This document shows, in pieces, positions 47,705 through 57,982 of a stretch of 64,000 nt of DNA (position 1 is the first letter of the stretch; each line of letters opens with the position of its first letter). Where the stretch lies: positions 2,389 through 66,388 of the forward strand of contig CAZTQW010000006.1 of NCBI GenBank assembly GCA_964616255.1, given 5' to 3'. The notes under the pieces are model-generated. The model had not been told where the DNA came from and did no database searches. It was given only the letters and a program-made list of their open reading frames with translations. Source of the stretch: an uncultured Candidatus Saccharibacteria bacterium. GTDB lineage: Bacteria; Patescibacteriota; Saccharimonadia; Saccharimonadales; Saccharimonadaceae. The translations under genes were made by a program, and so were the position numbers.

Positions 47705-48721
47705 TTATTCCTCCTCTTGCCTTTTTATTTTATCTAGGGTGGCCTCTGCCACTCCACCGAAGTATGCTAATAAACCACGTTGCGCCGTGAGACGATTTTC
47801 GGCTTGGTCCCATGCAATCGAATTTGGACTATCCAAAACTTCATCAGTTACTTCTTCGTTACGATTTGCAGGCAAACAATGCATGAACTTCGCGTTAGGA
47901 TTACCAGTCAAGGCCATGAGCTCATTGTTAACTTGATATTTAGGATAAAATTCGCGCATGTAAACTTCTTTGGGTGTCTCTTTGTCGTATAGTCCATACC
48001 AAACGTCAGTATAAACAAAATCAGCACCTTGAATGCGCTCGGGGTTATCAGTTACATAGACACTACCGCCGTAGACTTGGTTGTTAGCTCGGCCAATTTG
48101 CAGATAATCATCGGACAGCCACTTGGCCGGCGGACCATATTGCACAAAATTCATGCCCATTTTAGTCGTAATCATCATGAGCGAAGCGCAAACTTGCGTG
48201 CAATCACCTACGAAAACCACCTTGACTTGGCTCCAAGGTTTGCCCTCAGGCAAGTGATCAAAGATCGTGATAATATCACCAAGCTCTTGGGTAGGGTGAT
48301 TGTAATCAGACATACCATTGATAACTGGAACTGACGACTGGGCAGCAAGCTCCATGATACTTTCGTGACGATCGACACGTGCCATAATGATGTCACACAT
48401 TCGACTAATTACCTTGGCCGTATCACCGATAGTCTCATGACCGCCGAGCTGGATCGCTCCAGGAGCTAAATTTAAAGCATGTCCACCGAGTTGTTCCATG
48501 CCAACCTCAAAAGAGACACGGGTTCGCGTAGACTTCTGCTCAAAAATCATCGCTAAATTTTTATGGTATAGAGTTTCGAGTGTGCCACCCGCTTTAATGT
48601 ATGTCCGAATCGCTGTCGAAAGCTTAACCATGTCCAGCATTTCGGCCTGATCAAAATCAGTTGTGCTAATATAATCTTTGCGCGTAGGAACTACGTGACT
48701 TAAAACATAAGGATTATCCAT
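47705..48721 (-). CDS. ptcA: Putrescine carbamoyltransferase
   Basis: STRTRVSFE, GMSDYNHPTQELGD, TDVWYGLY, FYPKYQVN, HCLP match the putrescine transcarbamylase subtype; aguA is in the same operon. Confidence 0.88.
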   Translation of the reverse strand: MDNPYVLSHVVPTRKDYISTTDFDQAEMLDMVKLSTAIRTYIKAGGTLETLYHKNLAMIFEQKSTRTRVSFEVGMEQLGGHALNLAPGAIQLGGHETIGDTAKVISRMCDIIMARVDRHESIMELAAQSSVPVINGMSDYNHPTQELGDIITIFDHLPEGKPWSQVKVVFVGDCTQVCASLMMITTKMGMNFVQYGPPAKWLSDDYLQIGRANNQVYGGSVYVTDNPERIQGADFVYTDVWYGLYDKETPKEVYMREFYPKYQVNNELMALTGNPNAKFMHCLPANRNEEVTDEVLDSPNSIAWDQAENRLTAQRGLLAYFGGVAEATLDKIKRQEEE

Positions 48722-48814
48722 AATGGTATTATAACATACTTATGGATAATGAGGAGAAAACACAAGAAAAATCCCTCTTAAAACGTAGTCGAGCGAAATT
48801 GGCAGCCTAAATTT

Positions 48815-49882
48815 CTAGGCGAAGTTCACCGAATTAAGGTGTTCTCTAGCCTTCAAAGTGACTGCACGACCACGAGGAGTGCGCTCAATTAAGCCGAGCT
48901 GCAATAAGTACGGTTCGTAGTAATCTTCAATCGTAGCGGCCTCATCACCAGTAAGCGCAGCGATGGTGTTGAGGCCGACAGGGCGATCGCCGTAATTTTC
49001 GAGCATTAATTGTAGCATGTTGCGGTCGGCTGGATCGAGACCTAAATCGTCCACCTCCATCATGTCTAAAGCCGCGATCGCCAGATCATAAGTAATATAA
49101 CCGTCAGCATGAACGTCAGCATAATCTCGCACTCGTTTGGTCAAACGGTTAGCAATCCGCGGAGTGAGGCGCGAACGAGTAGCCAGCAAACCTGTGGCTT
49201 CTGGAGCGATGCCAGTACCTAATAAATTGGCTGTACGACTAATGATTCTTTCGATTTCCGGAATTTTGTAATATTCGAGACGGTGAATTAGGCCAAAGCG
49301 GTCACGCAGCGGGCCGGCGAGTGATCCGGTGCGAGTTGTCGCACCGATCACCGTGAACTTTGGCAAGTCTAAACGCACCGAGCGCGCGGCGGGGCCTTTG
49401 CCGATCACGATGTCGAGCTTGTAATCTTCCATAGCGGAATAAAGGATTTCTTCGACTGCCCGGCGCAGACGATGAATCTCGTCAATGAATAAAACATCAC
49501 CACTCTGCAAATTAGTAAGAATCGAAGCTAAATCCCCCGCGCGCTCAATCGCCGGCCCGCTAGTAATCCTGAGGCTTGCCCCCATCTCGTGTGCAATTAC
49601 ATTAGCCATGGTAGTCTTGCCAAGACCGGGTGGGCCATACAGCAAGACATGATCTAGCGATGTACCATCATCACGTTTCTTCACGGCATCAATCGCCAGC
49701 TTCAAGTTGGCTTTTAATCGTTCTTGACCGATATAATCAGCAAAAGTTGTAGGTCGGAGCGAAGCTTCTTCGGCTTGTTCAGAAGGATCATTATCGTTCA
49801 AATTAGAATCCACGAGACGATGTTTCTCGCCGGCGGCTTGCTTAGCTAGTTCCTCCAAATCTGTGCTTCTTTCGATTCCCAT
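48815..49882 (-). CDS. ruvB: Holliday junction branch migration helicase RuvB
   Basis: [57 protein letters not shown]. Confidence 0.98.
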   Translation of the reverse strand: MGIERSTDLEELAKQAAGEKHRLVDSNLNDNDPSEQAEEASLRPTTFADYIGQERLKANLKLAIDAVKKRDDGTSLDHVLLYGPPGLGKTTMANVIAHEMGASLRITSGPAIERAGDLASILTNLQSGDVLFIDEIHRLRRAVEEILYSAMEDYKLDIVIGKGPAARSVRLDLPKFTVIGATTRTGSLAGPLRDRFGLIHRLEYYKIPEIERIISRTANLLGTGIAPEATGLLATRSRLTPRIANRLTKRVRDYADVHADGYITYDLAIAALDMMEVDDLGLDPADRNMLQLMLENYGDRPVGLNTIAALTGDEAATIEDYYEPYLLQLGLIERTPRGRAVTLKAREHLNSVNFA

Positions 49883-49932
49883 TGCATATCATTATAGCAC
49901 AAAACAGAGAGTAAATCTGCTATACTAGAGAT

Positions 49933-51144
49933 ATGAATAATGAGTTAATTCTTCCGAAACAAACTGCCAATCTAGATGTTTTTGATGCGACTCTGAAAAT
50001 TTATAGTGAAGCTAATGGTGCATGGGTGACAAATCGCAATTATAAAGACCGCATTCAAGAATTAGTTCCCCGTCTCACGACTGGAGCACGCGATGAGGCT
50101 TTCATGGTCAAACAATCGGAGATGGCGCGCTATTTTGGCTTCGTGGAGTATGATTTCGAGCAACACCGAGCACGGATTACCTCTACTGGAAAAGAATTCT
50201 ACGAAGCTCGAATTAATCATGATCAGCCGAAGATTAATGATTTAATTTTGCAGGCAATTCTGCATCACAGTTTTGGTCGCAATAATTCAGCAATCAAAGG
50301 TAGCAATTCTGATGTCGACCCACCAAAACTGTTCGTAAAGGCAATTCTGGATACTACAGAAATTGACGATGACTCGGAAAGCGAAACTAGCGATGTGACT
50401 GATGGCATTAACAGAACTGATTTAGCTTATTTAATCTATTTGACTCACGATAAAGGAATTAGTTATGAAGATGCAATTAACTTGTTGCTCGGCTATTACA
50501 CTCTGCCAGCAGATTTGCCAAATAAATACACGGATGTGAAATTTCCCAAATTTCTGAAAAACTTAGGAATCGTACTCACGCATAATGGAAATTATCTTCT
50601 GAGTCCGGAAATCATGCTCCAATATGCTGAGCAAATTAAAAATCTTACTATTTATAATACTAATCATGCTAGCGAAATTACCAATGAAGATCTTGCGCAT
50701 GAGGCGATCATGCAAGCTACGGAGTATCCGAATTTAGAAAGTGATGATTTTATTAAGCAGAATGAACGCGAACCAGTCAAAGTCGTGAACACGCAAACCA
50801 CCTACAAGCGAGATGCGCGCCTCGCCAAAACCGCACTAGTGCGATCAAATTATAAATGTCTGCTCGATGAGGATCATACGACTTTTCCAGACAAAGATGG
50901 TCATTCTTATGTCGAGGCACATCATTTGATTCCGATGTCGGCCCAAAAAGATTTTGACATCAACATTGATCGTATAGAAAACATTGTTTCGCTTTGCCCA
51001 AATTGTCATAGGGCGATTCATTATGGCGACGATGCTACGAGACGCAGTTTATTAGAAAGATTATATGACCTGAAACGAGCTGATTTTGCGCAAGCCGAAC
51101 TCGATATTAGTTTTGATGATCTTTACAAAAAATATTATGCGTAA
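49933..51144 (+). CDS. Putative restriction endonuclease with C-terminal HNH domain
   Basis: CLLDEDHTTF...YVEAHHLIPM...NIVSLCPNCHRAIHYG; convergent with two C5 methyltransferases. Confidence 0.8.
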   Translation: MNNELILPKQTANLDVFDATLKIYSEANGAWVTNRNYKDRIQELVPRLTTGARDEAFMVKQSEMARYFGFVEYDFEQHRARITSTGKEFYEARINHDQPKINDLILQAILHHSFGRNNSAIKGSNSDVDPPKLFVKAILDTTEIDDDSESETSDVTDGINRTDLAYLIYLTHDKGISYEDAINLLLGYYTLPADLPNKYTDVKFPKFLKNLGIVLTHNGNYLLSPEIMLQYAEQIKNLTIYNTNHASEITNEDLAHEAIMQATEYPNLESDDFIKQNEREPVKVVNTQTTYKRDARLAKTALVRSNYKCLLDEDHTTFPDKDGHSYVEAHHLIPMSAQKDFDINIDRIENIVSLCPNCHRAIHYGDDATRRSLLERLYDLKRADFAQAELDISFDDLYKKYYA

Positions 51145-52288
51145 GCCGGCAGCCGTGTGTGAGCTCGAGAGCGATATTCTTTACTAGCATTGGTGGAATA
51201 CCTTCACCAATAACTTGGCGCACTAGTCGATCTTCGGCCCATTCTGGAATACCCCAATCAGTCGGCAGAGAAAAAACAATCAAAAGTTCATAAATCGTCA
51301 AACACCGAGCATCGGAATAAATTCGCACACCGTCAGCATCATGGCCCAGGCATTTGCCGGGGTGAACACAACACAATGACGAGATTACACCATTGTTTTG
51401 TGTAATCGTACGAGCAGGCTTATCCCATTCAAAACGTCGATAGGTATTATAATGACCATTCACCCGCTCGCCGTTATCTTTTTTAGGATAATAGACTGGG
51501 TTATGGAAGGCCGTCTCGCCCGTAGGAGTATGCATCATCGTAATCACGTGTTTTTTAGCATGAACTGGCGGGTGGTGAAATTTTGACAGAGCTTCGGCCT
51601 GTTCTTTTTTGTCATAAAAATCTGGAAAAAGCTTCAAGGTCTCGTCAATTCCCTCGCGTAACATGGGGTCCACAGACGGCAAATGATAAAGAGCCTTGCG
51701 TAAATTAATATGCGGCTTAGGCGCGGGCATCTGCCAAGTGTAAGATAAATCTTTGCGCGACAGGAGAAAAATATTACGCCGACGCATCTGTGGAACTTCA
51801 TAATCCATAGCACTAACTAAACTCTGATCAGCAAAATTATAGTCAGGTGCCAATTCTTGCTTGATATATTCGGGGATCATCATGGTCTGCTCACGCACAT
51901 GAATCTCGGTTTTGAGAAGTTGCGGAACGTTTTCGAGCAGGACGTACTTCGGCTTCAGTTCCTTAATCATCTTCACCGCATAAAAAATTAGTTGATTGCG
52001 CTCATCGTAACGATCACGTTTGCCCGCCAGACTCATGCCTTGGCAAGGCGGAGTAGCAATGACGAAATCCACTTGTTGCCGACGAGCACGTTGTAAAATT
52101 TGTGCAAAAACCGCTTCATCAGCAATGTCACCAGTAATGACTTCCGTCGCCGGATACAAATACTGATAAAATCGGGAACGTGTTGGATCGATTTCATTAG
52201 CTATGACAATATCAATACCACAATCATGTAGGTAGGTTTCGGCAATACCGACATTGGCGAAGAGGGACAGGCCGCGTAATCTATTCAT
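51107..52288 (-). CDS. DNA (cytosine-5)-methyltransferase 2
   Basis: Motif I SLFANVGIAE, catalytic PPCQG, ENV, QMRRR, motif X GEGIPP. Confidence 0.95.
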   Translation of the reverse strand: MNRLRGLSLFANVGIAETYLHDCGIDIVIANEIDPTRSRFYQYLYPATEVITGDIADEAVFAQILQRARRQQVDFVIATPPCQGMSLAGKRDRYDERNQLIFYAVKMIKELKPKYVLLENVPQLLKTEIHVREQTMMIPEYIKQELAPDYNFADQSLVSAMDYEVPQMRRRNIFLLSRKDLSYTWQMPAPKPHINLRKALYHLPSVDPMLREGIDETLKLFPDFYDKKEQAEALSKFHHPPVHAKKHVITMMHTPTGETAFHNPVYYPKKDNGERVNGHYNTYRRFEWDKPARTITQNNGVISSLCCVHPGKCLGHDADGVRIYSDARCLTIYELLIVFSLPTDWGIPEWAEDRLVRQVIGEGIPPMLVKNIALELTHGCRLTHNIFCKDHQN

Positions 52289-53416
52289 GGATCCTCACTA
52301 ACTCTTGCATAATATTCTTTACTAGCATTGGTGGAATACCTTCACCAATAACTTGGCGCACGAAATGCTCGGAAGCCCAGCTCGGTATATTCCAATTATC
52401 TGGCAAAGACATAATACGCATCAACTCAAAAACCGTCAGCACGCGCGCATCAGAATAAATATCGAAGCCGTCCTGGTCTTTACCAAGGTAGTGCCCAGGG
52501 TGAACGTTATTCTGCGAGCCAATTGTGCGATTATACATCGTAATAGTATAACCCGGTCGATCCCAAGCCTGACGCTTGTAAGTATTTTTAAAACCTTTGA
52601 CCAATGTGCCATCTTTTTTTCTAGGCTTAAACCGGTCGATATTACGAAAGGCCGTCTCACCCGTAGGAGTATGCATTAAACTAATGACCTGACGATAAAT
52701 ATGTTTGGGAGGATAGTGCCAAGGTGAGACTTTCAGCCCAGCGACCTTTTTTTGCTCAAAATCAGGAAAGAGCTTTTTCCGCTCCGCTAAAGGCAAGTCG
52801 TGCACTTCGGGATCTAGTGATGGTAAGTTGCCAATTGCTTCGGCCATAGTAATAATATGTTCATGCTTGGGTGGGGTATGCCAGACATAAGGCAAATCTT
52901 TGCGGGTTAAAAGCATAATTGCGCGCTCGCGAGTTTGCGGTACACTATAATCTTCTGCATTCATAACGAATTGACTGTTGAAGTTATAGTTTTCGCCCAG
53001 TTCTTGCTGCACATAATCCGGTATCAAAACTTTATCACCTCGATAAGGAATACATGTGCGCAGTTGCTCGGGCACGTTCTCTAAAAAGACGTACTTCGGC
53101 TTCAGTTCCTTAATCATCTTGACGGCATAAGTAATCAAGAAGTTACGTTCGTCATTCTGATCCTTCTTTCCGGCCGTACTCATTCCCTGGCAGGGCGGAG
53201 TGGCCATAATCAAATCAACCGACTGCTGCCTAGCATAGTCTAAAAGACATTCCTGGACAGCGCTATCCTTGATGTCCCCCGTGACCATTTTTGTCTGGGG
53301 ATACAAATGCTGATAAAATCGGGAACGTGTTGGATCGATTTCATTAGCTATGACAATATCAATACCACAATCATGTAGGTAGGTTTCGGCAATACCGACA
53401 TTGGCGAAGAGGGACA
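51174..53416 (-). repeat. Identical DNA blocks shared by the two methyltransferase genes
   Basis: 107 bp (52163-52269 = 53310-53416), 33 bp (51941-51973 = 53088-53120) and 50 bp (51174-51223 = 52312-52361). Confidence 0.9.
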
Positions 53417-53438
53417 TTGCCTTGATTTTTGGTCGCAT
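52281..53438 (-). CDS. DNA (cytosine-5)-methyltransferase 1
   Basis: SLFANVGIAE, PPCQG, ENV, QTRER, GEGIPP; paralog of the adjacent gene. Confidence 0.95.
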   Translation of the reverse strand: MRPKIKAMSLFANVGIAETYLHDCGIDIVIANEIDPTRSRFYQHLYPQTKMVTGDIKDSAVQECLLDYARQQSVDLIMATPPCQGMSTAGKKDQNDERNFLITYAVKMIKELKPKYVFLENVPEQLRTCIPYRGDKVLIPDYVQQELGENYNFNSQFVMNAEDYSVPQTRERAIMLLTRKDLPYVWHTPPKHEHIITMAEAIGNLPSLDPEVHDLPLAERKKLFPDFEQKKVAGLKVSPWHYPPKHIYRQVISLMHTPTGETAFRNIDRFKPRKKDGTLVKGFKNTYKRQAWDRPGYTITMYNRTIGSQNNVHPGHYLGKDQDGFDIYSDARVLTVFELMRIMSLPDNWNIPSWASEHFVRQVIGEGIPPMLVKNIMQELVRIHE

Positions 53439-53448
53439 GGCCTAGAGA

Positions 53449-53997
53449 TTAGTAGTTCTCGGCGCGAATCTCAAAGAAAGCCTGAGGATGCGCACAAACT
53501 GGGCAAACTTCTGGGGCTTCTTCGCCAGCGAAGACGTAGCCGCAATTACGACACTTCCACACTGTGACTTTATCACTCTTGAAGACTACATCATGTTCAA
53601 CATTATTATAAAGTTTGCGATAGCGCTCTTCGTGTTCTTTTTCGATCGCGGCTACACCGTCAAACTTCGCAGCAATTTCCTCATAACCCTCTGAGCGAGC
53701 TTCCTCAGCAAATTGCTTGTACATATCAGTCCACTCGTAGTTTTCGCCTTTGGCAGCTGCCTCAAGATTGGTGGCGGTATCAGCGACTGCACCACCGTGG
53801 AGATATTTGTACCACATTTTAGCATGCTCTTTTTCGTTGTGGGAAGTTTCATCAAAAATGCTACTGATTTGTTCGTAACCGTCTTTTTTGGCCCGAGATG
53901 AGTAGAATTGATAACGAATGGCTGCTTGTGATTCACCAGCTAGGGCAGCTTCAAGGTTCTTCCAGGTTTTACTGTTTGGATCTAATTCTTTTGCCAT
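53449..53997 (-). CDS. rbr: Rubrerythrin
   Basis: [27 protein letters not shown] and a rubredoxin-like domain (WKCRNCGY...CPVCAHP). Confidence 0.95.
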   Translation of the reverse strand: MAKELDPNSKTWKNLEAALAGESQAAIRYQFYSSRAKKDGYEQISSIFDETSHNEKEHAKMWYKYLHGGAVADTATNLEAAAKGENYEWTDMYKQFAEEARSEGYEEIAAKFDGVAAIEKEHEERYRKLYNNVEHDVVFKSDKVTVWKCRNCGYVFAGEEAPEVCPVCAHPQAFFEIRAENY

Positions 53998-54042
53998 ATT
54001 AACTCCTTACATTATCTCTTGATTATAACACGATTCTGTTTT

Positions 54043-55215
54043 TTAGACACTGCCATTATTTGGACAAGGGCCTTGGTCAGTCCAACAATTAGCCGTGATC
54101 CAGAAATTCTTTAGGAATGATTTATCTCCATCTCCTGTGAGCTCTACTTCGTATTCTGGGTATGGGAAGAAGAGATCGGCGGGATCTAGCCTTGTCTCGA
54201 CTCGACGCACGAGCTGATTGGCACGACCAGTGGAGTCGACACTGATTTGGACGTTTTCGAATGGAATAGGATCGCCGCCATCGTCTAATAGCTCCACCAT
54301 GAAATCGGTGACGATATCTCCATATGGCATAGAGATTATCAACATGGCATTTTGTATATCAGTCCCCATTCCTGCTTCTAAGGTGACTGAACACGCGAAC
54401 TCATCACCCATTTTACACTGAACTAGATATGGTTCATTCGGTTTTGATGATAAGCCTGCGTTTGCTACATCATTATTATCGAAAAAATTGCCGGCCCTAG
54501 ATGCGTTAGTTGTGCTAGGCAAAAACAGCATGCTGCCGTAGTTAGGATCCTCGCTTTTATTAAAAGCATCGAGATTAATTGTGCCTTTTGTCTTCAGTAA
54601 CGTAACCGACAGAGCTGGCGGTGTATATGAGTCGTTCTTGTTCGGTAGTTTCTTACTATTTCCTGCAGTTTTTCCGAATTTAGTACCATTAACTTCAGAA
54701 TACCAATTTATTCTGATTTTTTTAACATTAGACAGCTCAGTACTACCTATACCTAGAGGAACTACTTTTGTTCTATTGTCGGACGTAAGAGTAGAACGAT
54801 AATCACCGACTATGTTCTCAAGGATCACACATGTATAGGCCTGTTCAGTACTGTTGCCAGCGGATTCTTGAATTTTGACTTCACCAGCTCCGCTGCCAGG
54901 ATAGAGGAAAGACTTTAACTTAAATGTGCCACCTTCTGCACCCTCACTATTACATTCTCCACCGAACAAATCGCCAATGTCTGCAGAATTATAATTCTTA
55001 TAAAACTTGTTTACCGCTAATTTAGCATCTTCTACACCAGCCATGGCCGAGTCATAGGCGGATTGACTAAGGTCGTCATTTCCTGTTTGCTGAGACTCCG
55101 ATAAAATAATCCGAATGAAGCTGAGGGTGATGACCCCGAATAGAATCGTTGCGAAGATAACTACATACAACGAGGCAACCCCTTTCTTACTTAAACTTTT
55201 ATTAATCTTTTTCAT
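54043..55215 (-). CDS. PilX/GspK-like minor pilin
   Basis: Prepilin-like KKG/VASLYVVIFATILFGVITLSF lacking Glu5; SQSAYDSAMAGVEDA. Confidence 0.75.
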   Translation of the reverse strand: MKKINKSLSKKGVASLYVVIFATILFGVITLSFIRIILSESQQTGNDDLSQSAYDSAMAGVEDAKLAVNKFYKNYNSADIGDLFGGECNSEGAEGGTFKLKSFLYPGSGAGEVKIQESAGNSTEQAYTCVILENIVGDYRSTLTSDNRTKVVPLGIGSTELSNVKKIRINWYSEVNGTKFGKTAGNSKKLPNKNDSYTPPALSVTLLKTKGTINLDAFNKSEDPNYGSMLFLPSTTNASRAGNFFDNNDVANAGLSSKPNEPYLVQCKMGDEFACSVTLEAGMGTDIQNAMLIISMPYGDIVTDFMVELLDDGGDPIPFENVQISVDSTGRANQLVRRVETRLDPADLFFPYPEYEVELTGDGDKSFLKNFWITANCWTDQGPCPNNGSV

Positions 55216-55216
55216 A

Positions 55217-56197
55217 CTAGTCTACTCCAGCCGTACGGGCGGCAAAATTAAATTTATTAATCGCACAATAATTAAATTCTGAGCCAAGATCATTAAGACT
55301 GCTAGTGTCTCCCGAGATAACTTCACCAGTTACTGGATCCACCACACTATTTGGCTGACAATAATCACCTGTCCTAACGATATCTATATTGCCTCTTGTA
55401 GTTGCTAAAGTAAAAGTACCAGACATGTATGTACGTAGTGTCATGTTGTCTTGACTGATTGGGAAAATTGTAAATTCATACAGTTCCAAATCAAGATCAA
55501 AAGCACTCAGCATCATGCCGCCTTCTGGTTTTGAAATGGGATTTTCTGGCGATGATGCAGCATTTCTCATTCTTGTAATATCAAATACGACATCTGCCTC
55601 TACAAATGAATCGCTTACTCCTTCATAGGTAGAAGTGTAGTCATTCTTAAGTTTCGCTGTACACAATCTGTAAGTAGGATCTTTAATTCGTACAAGCCTC
55701 GGCTTATCTACTTTTTCGAGATTTCCGTCTGTATCTATGTATTGTAGCGACACAGTACTTTTATTAGGGCCGTTCAACCCATAATATGTATTCCACATGT
55801 ATGAATAGGTTCCAGAACAGAAAATTCCATTAAGTTGTCTGCCTTTTTCGTCTCTTCTATCTTGATAAACAAATTTGAAAGCATGTTGTTTTTTGCATTC
55901 TTTAACTCTATGAGCATTACTTTCGCTCTGATTAAGAAAATCACCATTGCATAAGCTTGTGGTATCAACAGCAGGCGCAGTATTAATCCCAGCAATAAAC
56001 TCATCTGTTAGGCCACGTCCTACACTATTTACTGCTTTGATAGTTAAACCTTTCTGATATATTGTCATTATATTACTAGTTATAACGGCGATAGTAATTA
56101 GTAATACTGCAACGAAAGCCATAGTGAGGGATAACTCTACCATAGTAAAACCACTCTTTGCACTGGAATAACCTAATGTTTTTTTTCCAAACTTCAT
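55217..56197 (-). CDS. Type IV minor pilin
   Basis: Prepilin motif KSG/FTMVELSLTMAFVAVLL. Confidence 0.85.
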   Translation of the reverse strand: MKFGKKTLGYSSAKSGFTMVELSLTMAFVAVLLITIAVITSNIMTIYQKGLTIKAVNSVGRGLTDEFIAGINTAPAVDTTSLCNGDFLNQSESNAHRVKECKKQHAFKFVYQDRRDEKGRQLNGIFCSGTYSYMWNTYYGLNGPNKSTVSLQYIDTDGNLEKVDKPRLVRIKDPTYRLCTAKLKNDYTSTYEGVSDSFVEADVVFDITRMRNAASSPENPISKPEGGMMLSAFDLDLELYEFTIFPISQDNMTLRTYMSGTFTLATTRGNIDIVRTGDYCQPNSVVDPVTGEVISGDTSSLNDLGSEFNYCAINKFNFAARTAGVD

Positions 56198-57057
56198 TAC
56201 ATACCCTCCGGATTATATAATCGAATAACAGTGTCGATAGATTGGGGAGTATTACCAGTCGGGCCATTCCAGCAACTCTGAATATAAAAATCATAATACT
56301 CCTCTGTACTACCAGCACTGGCTGTCTCTGATTTACCTCTGACAGCAATAATCCATAGCCCTTCAACTTTTGCGACCCTATTATATTTTGCTTGATCTAG
56401 ATACTGCACATCTGAGTTTGTAGATTGATTCCCCGTGTCATTTTTAAAAATTATGCGGGCATTAAGTGGTGATTCGGTAAATAAACTATTTTTCGAAGTT
56501 ACACTACCACTCGCACCGTAAGATGTCTGGACGGTTGGTATAAATGAAACATCAGGGCTTACTTGATGACTACCTGTTGGGATAGTTTGTAAGTCTCTGG
56601 TATTGAGAACAAAAGCTTTTCTATCTGTTAGCATTTTATTATCATTTTCATATATCTTAGAACAACCTTGAACGATCACGTCGCCTAAGTTCGCCATATT
56701 GACTCCAGTAGCGGTTGTCATAGTAGTAGAATCAATAGCACTCTCCGTAATCGCCTTCCAGAGCTTAGTATATTGTTGATATTTTTCATCAGCTGCCATT
56801 TCACTTTGATACTCAGGAAGTGTGAGTTCGGAAATATATGAGCTATGGATAAATCTCAATGCTTCAGCTTGTGCATTAAGCTCATTGCGGGTTGTCACGA
56901 CTTCTAGCGAGCCCTCGGCCTGGGCTACCCCCATATTCATCATAGCTACTGATATTACTGCCACCAGACAGAATACTGCGATAGCAAACATAACCTCAAT
57001 GATAGTGTCACCGCGTTTAGTCTGGTATATATTTTTTGTTAACTTTCTTACTTGCAT
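56197..57057 (-). CDS. Type IV minor pilin
   Basis: Prepilin motif KRG/DTIIEVMFAIAVFCLVAV. Confidence 0.85.
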   Translation of the reverse strand: MQVRKLTKNIYQTKRGDTIIEVMFAIAVFCLVAVISVAMMNMGVAQAEGSLEVVTTRNELNAQAEALRFIHSSYISELTLPEYQSEMAADEKYQQYTKLWKAITESAIDSTTMTTATGVNMANLGDVIVQGCSKIYENDNKMLTDRKAFVLNTRDLQTIPTGSHQVSPDVSFIPTVQTSYGASGSVTSKNSLFTESPLNARIIFKNDTGNQSTNSDVQYLDQAKYNRVAKVEGLWIIAVRGKSETASAGSTEEYYDFYIQSCWNGPTGNTPQSIDTVIRLYNPEGM

Positions 57058-57911
57058 TTTGAGCTTCCTAATTCATCATCGTCGTCCATATTAATGATAC
57101 TAACTGCCGAAGTATTACGACCATCTTCTGCTAAACGCACATTGCGCATGGGCGCCTGTAAACTGGATTGATCTGCTTTGATGCAGAAGTTTACGGTTTC
57201 TGGAACAAAACTAGCTGAATGATTATTTAGCTCATCACGTAGAGATGTATTGGCAGAGCTATCTCCTGGCTTACAGTGCTCTTTAATATCAAATGTCCCT
57301 TCGATATTGTCGGAACTACCGCCATAATATACAGTACGGACAACTCCAGATTTCGGTGAACGAACAATGAAGACCGTGCCCTTGAACGTTGGCTTCGTTC
57401 CCCCTTCGGTAGCCGCTGGCGCATAAATTTTAGCCTCCCATGGTGGTAAATAAGATGTTACCGTACTAGCCTGAACTTCATTTCCACTGCTATCTACCTC
57501 GCCACAATAAAACTGAAGATTGACTCCTTCTTTACCACCAGAGCCATTTTCACTTAAGCTCTTAACAAAATTATCGACCTTAGTTGAGCTCCTGCCGACT
57601 AAGGTCGCGGTGTATATATGTTGTGACTTATTATCAGAGTTATCTCCGTCCAACCCAAACACAATTGCTTTACCATAGATCGCTAAAGTATTATCATTCC
57701 CCCCTTGCTCTTTCAGAGTTTCTGGGCTGATGACCTCGGCATAAGTCTGCCGCAAAAATTCGGCGAACGAGCGCACAGAATCCGTGTAGCGCTGGCTAGC
57801 GATCGCTGAGTAAGTGCCGCCGATGACTCCGATTAACATTAACCCTGTAATTGCCAAAAAAAGCATCACCTCAAGAATGGTGAACCCTTTTTTCTCTGTA
57901 TTCCTCCTCAT
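57048..57911 (-). CDS. Type IV minor pilin
   Basis: Prepilin motif KKG/FTILEVMLFLAITGLML. Confidence 0.88.
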   Translation of the reverse strand: MRRNTEKKGFTILEVMLFLAITGLMLIGVIGGTYSAIASQRYTDSVRSFAEFLRQTYAEVISPETLKEQGGNDNTLAIYGKAIVFGLDGDNSDNKSQHIYTATLVGRSSTKVDNFVKSLSENGSGGKEGVNLQFYCGEVDSSGNEVQASTVTSYLPPWEAKIYAPAATEGGTKPTFKGTVFIVRSPKSGVVRTVYYGGSSDNIEGTFDIKEHCKPGDSSANTSLRDELNNHSASFVPETVNFCIKADQSSLQAPMRNVRLAEDGRNTSAVSIINMDDDDELGSSKCK

Positions 57912-57982
57912 GTTTCTATATTATCATAAGTTTTTTAATAAATGAACTCTTGATTTTTGCATTTTATATATTATTCATGCTG

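Noticed and set aside
43413-48815. A hidden carbamate kinase gene near the agmatine operon
   Set aside because: No unassigned space or matching ORF exists between ruvB and gpmI.
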